Assembly (NCBI GenBank): GCA_976226885.1
Contig: OZ320316.1
Coordinates: 77,438,001-77,502,000 of the forward strand
Reading direction: 5' to 3'
DNA length: 64,000 bases
DNA from: Iphione sp. A-MEVVRFRX5
Taxonomy: Eukaryota
In this document: piece after piece, positions 14,182 through 24,113 of the stretch
How the letters are laid out: every line of letters starts with the position of its first letter
Numbering within the stretch: the stretch's first letter is position 1
Notes under the pieces: generated by a model
Seen by the model: only the letters and a program-made list of their open reading frames with translations
Told to the model about the DNA's origin: nothing
Databases searched by the model: none
Program-made: the position numbers and the translations under genes

Positions 14182-15211
14182 CCCGGTCCCCGCACTGTTG
14201 GACTAATGGGGTATGCACCCTCATTCTTTAAATCGCGAAAATAGGGGTGTTTTTTATAACTTTGTATGTCCGCATTTTTCTTATAAAAGGGTGCCTACAG
14301 GGGGTGTCACGGGGTGTCTCTCTCCTGCCCTCTCACTCTGTTTTCTTTCCTCCCTCTCCCTTTCTCTCCCGCTATCCCTTCCTCTCTCACTCTCTCCCTC
14401 CATCCCTCACTCTCCCTCCCTCTCTCCCTCTCTCTCCCTCCATCTCTATCTCCTTACCTCTCCCTCTCCCTCTCTCCCACACTCTCCCTCTCTTCCTGTC
14501 TCTCTTTCCCTCCCTCCCTGCCTCCCTTCCTTCCTCCCTCTCACTATCTCTCCTTCTCTGTTCCTCCTCCCTCCCTATCACTCTCTCTCCTCTCTTCTTC
14601 TCTCCCTCTCTGTCTCTCTCCCTCCATCACTCCCTCTCTCCCTGTCTCTCCTCCTACCCTCTCACTCTCTTTTCTTTCCTCCCTCTCCCTCCCCCTCCCT
14701 CCTTCTATCGCCCTCTCTCTCCCGCCATCCCTCTCTCTCCCTTCCTCGCTCTCCCTCTCACTCTCTCCCACACTCTCCCTCGCTTCCTGTCTCCCTCTCC
14801 CTCTTTGCCTCCCTTCCTTTCTCCCTCTCAGTCTCATTCCTTCTCTCTTCCTCCCTCTCTCTGTCTCGCTCCCTCCCTCTCTCTTCCTCTTGATTGATGA
14901 TCCCTCAATATTTAGTTAAAAGGTGTCCTTAGGCCCCCCCTGTCTTTGAGATGGGTGTCCTTAGGCCCCCTGATGTGTGTAAGTGTATGTGTCTATAGAT
15001 ATGTGTGTAGTTGTATGCAGCATGTTGTATGCAACTGTTATCTTTTAAAAGTCAACATTTTCTTTAAAAAGGGGGTGTTTTAGTGACTCAAAAATCAGTG
15101 TTTTCTTTAAAAAAAAGTGTCCTTATTCAGTTAAAAGTCAGTGAAAAGGTAGTTTTGGTGCTGTAGAACGAGCGTAAGTCCTCCCTTTCATATAGGAGTG
15201 CAGGGACCGGG
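14182..15211. mobile_element. Non-autonomous TIR element (MITE-like), 1030 bp, nested in the EnSpm element
   Basis: TIR CCCGGTCCCCGCACT versus reverse complement CCCGGTCCCTGCACT (14/15). AGTGAATG duplicated at 14174-14181 and 15212-15219; a 9-bp reading AGTGAATGC is also possible. No coding capacity. Confidence 0.85.
14318..14892 (+). repeat. Polypyrimidine (CT-rich) low-complexity tract with an imperfect ~300 bp internal duplication
   Basis: Almost only C/T. CCCTCTCACTCT(G/C)TTTTCTTTCCTCCCTCTCCCT at ~14328 and ~14657; CTCTCTCCCACACTCTCCCTC(T/G)CTTCCTGTCTC at ~14470 and ~14761. Confidence 0.95.
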
Positions 15212-16427
15212 AGTGAATGCAAGGGTGAAGGAGGACATGGTTGGGGAGGTAGGTTAACTGTGATGATCATGGTAAATGGTGAAGGGAAGGGGTAATGTCA
15301 GCAGAACTGGTAACAGTATTAGTGAAAAATAATTATGATTGAGAGTAGAAGAATGGGCCAGGAGGTTTTTGTTTGGTGTGGCAGTTTTTTGTGTTAGGTA
15401 TAGTCCATGCCTGGCATGAGGCATATGTGTTTGTATATGTGTGAGTATGAGTGTCTAGATATATGTTTGCGGGTATCACTGATCTCCATATTTCAGTCTA
15501 CAGCTGTGATTTACCATGTAGGGCCTTGAAAGTTTTCTATCAAATATGTTGATGCCACTATCAAACAAACTTCCAAGATTATTACTAAAACTCTACTGCA
15601 TTTTTATGCCAAGTATATATACTTTTTCCTAACCTTACACTGAATGAATAAATATTAGTTTAAACACCTGGCAGAGTTGACGGACAATGTCCCATTAGAG
15701 GTGGACACTATGGTATCTCATCTTTTGGCTCAGGAAATGATGGTATGATGGTAAAAGGAGTTGTCTCACTACCGAGTGTATGCAAAGGGTGTGCATAACA
15801 GGCAAAATCCTGTTTAATCTAGTCTGGTTTTATAAGATGGTTTGCAACAAACAAGCCAGAAACAGTTCAATCTAGTTCAAACCAGTTTAAAGTGGATTAA
15901 ACCTAAAATATGATTGTTATATACCAGTAACTGCAACTTGCAACTAGATGTAATTGTCCCCAGCCTCATAGAGGGCTTGACATTTGGAATGCTAGGGGCT
16001 GGTGTCCCCACCATCCGTCACACTCTTGTGGGTCTTATAAGTCTCAAACCCTTCAATCAAAAGAACTGATTTTAATATATGATATTGGTATATATGGCCC
16101 CGTGGCACTGGATAATGTTGGTAGTAATCCAAGTATTTTGAAAGTGAAATTTTGCCAATTTTACTATTTTGCTAACACAGCTACAAACATACATACCTGA
16201 TTCAGGGGTTCCTAGGTCTGACCATGCACATACACACTCACCAATATCTCCCCTCTACCACTATCAGCTTATAGCAATCTGGTGCTAAGTGAGGCAGAAC
16301 CGAGGGTGCTGTGCTCAGTCAGGCAGAACCGAGAGTTGTAAACCTGAAGGACTTAGACAAGTCTAGCCAACCAACCCCAAAACAAGGTGCCAATCAAGGT
16401 GGTTGTAAAGAGGGAGAGACACCACAA

Positions 16428-16492
16428 ACACACAGACACACACACACTGTCTCTCTCTCTCCCTCTCCCTCCCTCTCGTTCCCTCTCTCTCT
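16428..16492. repeat. Compound (CA)n/(CT)n microsatellite
   Basis: acacacagacacacacactgtctctctctctccctctccct. Confidence 0.85.
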
Positions 16493-17337
16493 AGGCAGTT
16501 GATGGTGGGGGACAATAAACCTCATAGGTCCACACTCTTGTTTAACTAGCAGAGATACAGTTTTTTTCTATGGATAAACACCATTCAGGATGCCATATGT
16601 TACTTTCACTGTTATATAGGTTGTATCTAGCAATCATTTATATGTATGGGAAGCAAAACTCTTATGAAGAGGTGTGGTTTTGGAAAATGATTTCATGAAA
16701 GTTTTTATATATTCCAAGAAGAAAGGAATCCCATGTTGTAACCAGGAATATTTGGATTTGACATAGGAAAACTGAAACTTTTATATTTCTTGTCTTATGG
16801 ACTCAATTCTCTTGATAAGAAATTGTATGAAAAGTATCATTCTTCTAGATAAGAAAAATATTCTATAGTTTTATGTGTTGGATTAGGAGAATTATCTCAT
16901 ATGATCTTAGTGAAAAAATCTAGGTTATAGAAGATATATCTAGAAGGTTTTTCTTGAAGTGAGAAAACTAGATTCTTTTGTGAAAATGTTCTTGCCTGAT
17001 GGACAACTTTCTTATTATAAGAAACTGGGATGAGAACATTTTTCTAATCAGTGAGAAAAAATATCTAAGTCATAGATGAGAGTATTTAGATAAAAAATCT
17101 TACATTGTTATTTTTTTTATTAGAATAAAAATCTTGTAATAGTTCTCAAATCAAGAAATAAAATCTTATCTTCAGCTAATTTTGCTTGCTTGTTTTGAGA
17201 TTAATTTCTAGAAAAATTATCTCAATTTGAGAAGATTCTTTAAAAAGTTTTCTCATATCAGTTGTGAAAAATATCTTGTCTCACTTAAAACTTTTTTTCT
17301 TACTTTTTTTCTTAAATTTATATTTTTTTTCTCATAA

Positions 17338-17360
17338 CAAGATAATGATTTTTAGCTGTG
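17338..17360 (-). repeat. Right TIR of the EnSpm element
   Basis: CAAGATAATGATTTTTAGCTGTG followed by TG. Confidence 0.9.
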
Positions 17361-18960
17361 TGGTTGGAATACAGCCAGGGAAGAGAGAAAGCAAATAAGG
17401 TCACGAATACAAAAAGATGAGGTATTATATTAAGACGGAATTCAATAGTAAGTATCAGGTCCAAGAACATTTGGGTATAAGCTGAAGACAAAGCTAATCT
17501 TTGTACAATACCCTTTCCTGAAGTGTCATTACCAAATTATGGTCAAGAAATACGTAATGAACAACTAATGTGCAGAAATTGGTAAATATAAGTCTAAAGA
17601 ACTACATGTGTATACTCCTTTACTGGGAACCTAGACTTGTCAAGAAAGGCATCCAATAAGGCATCTGATATTGATCGAATGCCAACAAGTCATGTTAAGT
17701 ATTCCTTTGTCGAGTTGGTGGCTGAGGTAATATACCTTATCACTGAGTATAGGTGTGATACCCCTAAACTGGAATCAAACGGTAGAATCCGGAGAAATTC
17801 AAAGAACAGTTCACTCCAATCTGTACAACTATCTAGAGCTATGAAAGTCAAAACAGTTTGTCTTCATTAAAGATGTTCCACTGAACGGGCAATGACAAAG
17901 TTCAGAGAAGCAATATTTCTCAGCTTGAGCCCCACAATGAACATCGTTGGATATTCATAGATTTTTTAAATGTGTTTAATTCCATTAACCATGAAACAAT
18001 AATATTGAAATTAGGTTCAACCGGTGTTTAAAGGGGCGTATCGTGGTTTAAAAACTACCCGGCAATCTACAAAAGGGAATGGCAGCGAATCACCCAAGGC
18101 AAAGGTAGCATGTGGACTCCCAACGGGGTCGATCTTAGGAGCCCCACTATATTCATAAATGATATTATCAGTGTATGTAGGTGGATTATTCTCATACTTT
18201 ATGCTGATGACCTAGCCCTAGGCTGCATAAGGAAAGACATATTAGAACCGAAAGTTCGAATTCAAGAAGACCTAGTTAGCATTATATATAGGCATTTAAT
18301 AACACAATTCAAATAAATACATCCATATAAAGGTCCAGTTCAACAACCGAAGCTCCATCCTCAATCCTTCTATCTTGAAATTTGTAGGCACTTGGAATGG
18401 GTTAGAAAATATCAATACCCTGGAGTAGACGGTGGACGTTCACATCATTCTCATCAAGTACAATACGGAGAATTAGGCTGAAACTTAAGTATTTCAGAAA
18501 AGCCAAGAAGCTAGTTTAGGAAGGAAAGAATACTGATTGCAAAGAGTATTGTTATTACCAATAGTGGAATATGGATGCACAGTTTTAACAGATAACTTAC
18601 TGGATAATTACAAACGGAAACAAAATGCTGCATAACAAGGTACTACAAGAGTGCACTGGTGAACAATAAAGTACTGATGCTGTGACCTGTCACCCTCTGT
18701 ACATATGCAAGGAGAGACTGAAAGATATTATTACAAAAATGAACCTACATAAATATAATTGAATGAGTCTAAGTGAGAACACAATTCTTAAAATAAACGG
18801 GAAAATTTTGTGAGAAGAGCAAAAACATTCCGAGGCAGTAAGAAGTTATGGGTGGTTTGTAAGAATCATTGTTATGGTAATAGAAACAAATGAAATGTAA
18901 AAGGTTTCCATATTATATGCAAGGGAATCAAGATATCATACACAGAGGTAATGCTAAAAA
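17361..18960 (+). pseudogene. CR1/L2-type LINE ORF2, 3' part (reverse transcriptase)
   Basis: WNTAREERKQIRSRIQK continues the linker. A decayed D..K.FNSINHET at ~17960, CG.P.GSILG at ~18110, IFINDIISVCRWIILILYADDLAL (YADD), KYQY.GV and KSIVLLPIVEYGCTV at ~18540. Confidence 0.8.
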
Positions 18961-19599
18961 GTATTACCCTAACATGACACGGTGTTTTGATATTTTAGAA
19001 AAAACGAGAACCCTCAAAAATGGTTGCTTTTGAAGGAATGTCATTTGGTGGAACGGATTGGATATGGACCTGAAACAATGAATGATTTACAAAATCCGAC
19101 ACATTCATGTTGTAAATGGATAACATAACAATGTACATGTATATGGAAGAAGATATTTGAGTGCACTGAACAACAGTTGCTAGATCATAAGGATAGCACC
19201 ACTAGAAACTGAAGCAGAAACTGAATTCGGGGGGCGATGGCTACTTACTTGGTTATCCCGTGATACACAGTTAATTTATATACAAACACATATATATGAG
19301 GTATGTAACTAATCAACACAGAGGAAAGTGAATCTTTTGTGGCATTGTTGGATATTTCACTTGGTAACATCAGAAATGAGATAATAACAGATACCATAAT
19401 TACAGGTTTTTAACAAGCAAAAATATTCTTGAGATGGACCAAGTATCGATTATGGCATATACATGTACACATTCTGCACATATAGTTCCCGGCATTCGTC
19501 AACTTCGCCACATCGTCAGATCGGACATCTGGAGAATGGACACCGAGTGTATTACTGCATTGATCCCTCTCCCACCACCTCCTACTGTTACAGCGTCAA

Positions 19600-22290
19600 C
19601 ATCAATGCTCAAAGACGGAATTAACTATGTATATAGCAACTGTGTCTTTTTTCCTATTTGTATAACGCTTATCGAGGTCATATGGTGCAGGGTTGAGAGC
19701 GGAATGCTTAATAATGAATAGCGAACACAAAGTGATAAGGTAGGTATGCTTGCCAGATAAAACTGACTCGTAGACTCTCACACATGGATTGTTGAGGGAG
19801 TTGCTCGTTCTGGTTGGGTCAAAGGCGAGCTGCTCCACCAGAGCGGCTCTCAATTTCTGTTCTGATCATATTAGCCTCGATCACGACAGGGCCGTTTAGA
19901 CATGATTCAGCTGGGAGCACGGAGAGCATCTTGCACGAGGAGATACATGCCACCGCATGCTGCGAGGTCAATAAAGACCAAGCGCCAAGTTTGAATACGC
20001 GCCGTCGGACGTAGTGTCAGAAGTTCAAGCGTCGAGTTGCTCGACCCGGTGCCCTCTAGTGTCAACGTGAAATGATAGAGCGCAGCGAGCCGCTTTGTAG
20101 TGTTTTGGAGATGTAACGGGTCTTGTAACCTCGTGTCCACTCATCCTCTGTCCAGCCTCCAGCAGTGATAAGCCGTTATTAAGTGTGCAAAGGTCGGACT
20201 GCTCTGTTAATCATATACATTTGCCCAGCCACTGCCACCACTGAGTTCTTCCCCTTTGAACCTCATAATCATTTCTTCGTTTCAAAGGCCTGTTAATCAT
20301 CATACCGTCGTACTTGTCGCAAAGCCAATGTTTAATTCAAATACAATTCAGTGTCTCGGAGTGACCTGAACATTGGAATTATTGTTGAAGGCAAATACTT
20401 CGAACATGCCGCAGGGAGGATTGCTTCAACTACTGATCAAACTATTGACCCGCGCATTCTCCCATTTTGAATGACGAGTTCCCCCGTAGGAGGAAACTGA
20501 AAACACGCGAACGACTCCATTATGAACCGCCATACAGGGTCCCCCAACTGTCGACCTCCGACTGAAATCAAAGCAGCGGTATGATTGAAGGTCATTATAA
20601 TTTAATAAGATTAATACGTGGGGTGCTAGAGGCACACGACTGAGACGAGCAAGTTCTGAGGCTGAACTCATGATGTGCACACTAGTCCCTCCAGAGGGAA
20701 GCTTAACCAGTGCGCATCAATTAAAAAATCAATTGGTCTAGAATATCACTATTTATGGTATGGAACTTAAAACCCTCATGAAAACGAAGTACATTATTCA
20801 TATAATAGATCCCAAATAGAGGTTATATGCAAAGGAGGAGGGTAGGCCTTCCGTGACCGAAAAGGGTGCATTCGTTATAAATACTAAGGCGATGATACCG
20901 CGTCTTCTCTTTTTCCCCTAACGTGTTTGTTGCGTGCCTGCCGTGATTGGGCGTGTATAGACGCCAAGCGATGCCCACAAACAGCGCCTTTATCCATTTT
21001 CAGCACGTATACCTTCATGATGTAAACTTGGCACTTTTGCTTACACGCTGTAAAGGTTAGAAGGCCGAAACCGGTGGAGAACTTTTAGAACTTGTCATAT
21101 GAAAATATTTGCACCAGCCGTATCTATATATAATTGAGGGGTTATGAAGGTGCTTTGTGCGAAGTTGGTCTTCACCTGTGTAATCCCTCTTGATGGCACT
21201 GGCGTTCCCTTGTACGGGGTTGGCATCGAGACAACTCTGAATGATTTAGTACGTCACTTGTAGGTGTTGAACGATTGCGCTCTGCTTTGTTAAGGGTCAT
21301 GGGCGCCTGCCAGAGGCCTCTCCAACACCACCGCCAGCTTCTTCCTTTGCTCTCGTCTACCTCGGTCACTGACACCATCTTGGCTTGCGTTGCTGCCATG
21401 AGTCCCAGGATCGCTCGCTTAGCCTGGGAGGAACGTGTCTAATTAAGCCGAAGTTGATATGAGGCTGATTGCGAGATAGCCTTATCACAAAAGGTCAGAA
21501 GAGACGATGGGAGAGATGGGCAGGAAGCTCTGGGTTTCTAATGATGGGTTGCCACACTAACGGCACGGAGCCATCTTATTTACGGAGGTCCGGCAGCGGG
21601 AAGATCACACTTCCCGTAACAGGAGCAATGTCCAAACTGCTCATTTTTGTTAGTGTAGAAAAATGAAAGTTACGTGATGACCCATGCAATTAAGACGAAA
21701 TAACCGTCAGCATCGTCGGCAGAACCAGCCGCTGGGAGGCCCGGTCAACAGACTTATTTTTAACGAGAGACTTATGGTGTCAGCACCATGGATGGAGAAT
21801 GTATAGACGAGGATAAAAAGATGTAATATCCCTGCTGGCGGAAATATTATAGGGCGATCAAATTTAGATTTGTTTTCCTCGCCTTGGATACAATAGGGAA
21901 GCCAGGAGACTCAAGGGTGGAGCACCAACCTTCCCGGAAAATTGTCTAGAGGTTTCATTGACGTTTCCATCATGTATTTACAATTATGTCTTAATATAAA
22001 CCCGGTGGGAACTATTGTTATGGAAAGCATTTGCTAGCAAAGAAGTAAGAATTTGTATTTTTACAAAGGGAGAAAAACAGTACCATGTTTCGTATACGTT
22101 ACTGAAATCAGATCGGTTTGCTTCGTGTGACTGAATAACAAGATCTTGATGCTGTGCCGGCCCCTGAAAACATCGGGCACTTTGACGCATCGTCTCATAT
22201 AACATCGCCTCGTAATTACCTTGAAAAGAGATACAGTAACCGTCACATCCATAATTAAGAAATACATATGTGCCGGTGATCAATTTTGTA
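19600..22290 (-). pseudogene. Decayed Ty3/Gypsy pol relic (PR?-RT-IN)
   Basis: Minus-strand fragments in the expected order: YFLIMDVTVTVSL (protease-like, ~22260); NFGLIRHVPPRLKRAILGL, QDGVSDRGRREQRKKLAVVLERL..A.MTLNK and SAIKR...DQLR (RT, 21460-21140); TWRLVFIDLAACGGMYLLVQD (integrase, ~19990-19920). Confidence 0.55.
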
Positions 22291-23049
22291 GCCGATAATT
22301 AGTCGGGTCGTCAGGGAAACAGTGTTTTCCCGGAAGATCAGCCACTTGTGTTCGGCTGTACAATGCATGGGTCACGTTGGATGGAACATGTTCACGAAAC
22401 ACAAGGTCCTGTCGTCGGTCCTGACCTTATGCTAACACTAGGTCTCGGTAGCCTCTCATGTCATAGTGATGGACGCCGTATTGCCGGCCCGCTTAAGGGA
22501 GGGCTCGGCCTTGCCTGGCTAAACCCTCGCCCGCCTCAATCCCCCCGGCCTTCAGCCCGTCATATCGGGATGTCATCCGCCGGGAATGGATAGCGACAGA
22601 GCGACAACCCATGCCTAACACAGCCCGGCTTTTTTTATATTTCAAATATTTCCCTTGATCCATAGTCATCCTGCGTGGGGCCTGATGGTATCCTAATAGG
22701 CCTGCATCTCGAATACGCTATCTTTATTATGATCACAGTGAAGGATATCTGGCAACACTTCTACGCGATATTGTCGTATAATTAATCACGACCTGTGGTA
22801 TATGGTCTATCGATTTAGAGGGATAGGACAGCACCAGCATGCATCTTTTTAATGAAGGATTTCACCACAGCTATCACTGCTATTTCAACGAGCTGCGACG
22901 AGTACTGACAATAAGGTTTTAGCATTTGCTGTCTGTATACAATATTTTTCCAGTGCCCTATAGTTCCTCAAGTCTTTTCTTCGGGAATGGGAACAAGTCT
23001 GATGCGTCAAATCCATTATGCACTCAACGATCCAATCACACCACTTTTA

Positions 23050-24113
23050 GTCATATTGAAATCCCGGATTTTTCTTTCGATACGTCAGTAGAAAGTGGCT
23101 TGCAGCTGATGTATACCGTACGGCTATTAGCATCGTTTAAGTTACGCCGGTTTAATTTGTAGAGTATCTTTGAAAGAAGTCAATATGCCCAATGGAACAA
23201 CTTATTGTCTTCTGTGGTCCCGGTGAGATAAGGTGTTCCACAAGGGAGTATCCTAAATCCACTTTTATTCTGATTGATGATAAACGATCTGCCTGATAGT
23301 CTAATTGTGACCAAATGTGTGTTATATGCTGATGACATAACCCTCTACACTGTTGCAAGTAATGTCCCAGCCTTACGGGGAACATTGTTAGAGAGAGTTG
23401 ACACTGCCTCCTTTCTGGGATACCAGATAGATGGTAGCCTGGATTGGAGGAATCATGTGCAGTGCTTAAGGAAGAGGGTAAGATCAAGGAGCTATGGTTT
23501 ATCTCGAATCACTTGGTAGCTTCCTTTTACCCATAGACTTGAAGTGTTTAACTCATTCGTGTATCCACTATTTCATTATGGGTTGGTATTCTTACAAGGG
23601 GCTAGTAAAAAGGTAAGACGGGAACTTCAAATAGAATTTAATAATGTATTAAAAAGGGTTTTGCTGGGGAGGATTCATCTTTTAATTGTCTCATCAATCT
23701 GTCTCAAGAAAAACCTAGGGATTGTTTCTTTGGAATCATTGGCAAATTACAAAACTATATGTTTAGTTCACAGGCTGGTATCAACGGGTGATCTGTTGAC
23801 AACAAGAAAAGGAAGGACCGGGAATGGCTGCTCAACTCGCATTCCAATATGGAGACCTAGAAGAATCCCATTCAAGTCTAAAGATCTGAAAGATATGAAA
23901 CTGTTTAATACAAAACTTAGACTTTATCTAAAATATTGACATCTTACAGCTCATTGTACTTTATATATGAATTGTAATATATACTTCAATCAACTTTTTA
24001 ATTTTTTAATTTTATTTAATTTTTAATTTTTCTATTTTATCAACTGTAAACACTGTGGACATTGCCCTAAGAGAACGTGAATAAACAATTCCCAATCTCA
24101 ATCTCAATCTCAA
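23050..24113 (+). mobile_element. 5'-truncated CR1/L2-type LINE with RT and a tandem-repeat tail
   Basis: GVPQGSILNPLLF*LMINDLPDSLIVTKCVLYADDITLY, SFLGYQIDGSLDWRNHV, VFNSFVYPLFHYG. Then AATAAA at 24080 and a (CAATCT)3.5 tail at 24093-24113, typical of CR1-clade 3' ends. Confidence 0.9.

Larger units (their letters stand above)
13660..16800 (+). pseudogene. Possible decayed second (accessory) gene of the EnSpm element, divergent from the transposase
   Basis: Exon-like pieces: 13690-13787 ending CCCAG|GTATGT, an acceptor TTTACAG at ~13878, 15660-15785 (HLAELTDNVPL...W.KEL) and 16570-16790 (INTIQDAICYFHCY). Only weak resemblance to accessory ORFs of animal EnSpm elements. Confidence 0.25.
8879..17360 (-). 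mobile_element. EnSpm/CACTA-type (CMC superfamily) DNA transposon, 8482 bp, both ends present
   Basis: Left end CACAGCCAAAAATCACTTTCTTG; reverse complement of right end CACAGCTAAAAATCATTATCTTG (20/23 identical). TG duplicated at 8877-8878 and 17361-17362. AT-rich subterminal regions with repeated TCTTG/CAAGA-type motifs. Internal EnSpm-like transposase. The flanks rejoin as one LINE. Confidence 0.9.

Noticed and set aside
14213-14919. Three overlapping 200+ aa ORFs rich in Ser/Leu/Pro
   Set aside because: They are artefacts of the stop-free CT tract inside a non-autonomous element.
22483-22509. GC-rich hairpin followed by a T-run, possible Helitron 3' end or terminator
   Set aside because: No CTRR terminus at the proper distance and no matching 5' TC end were identified.
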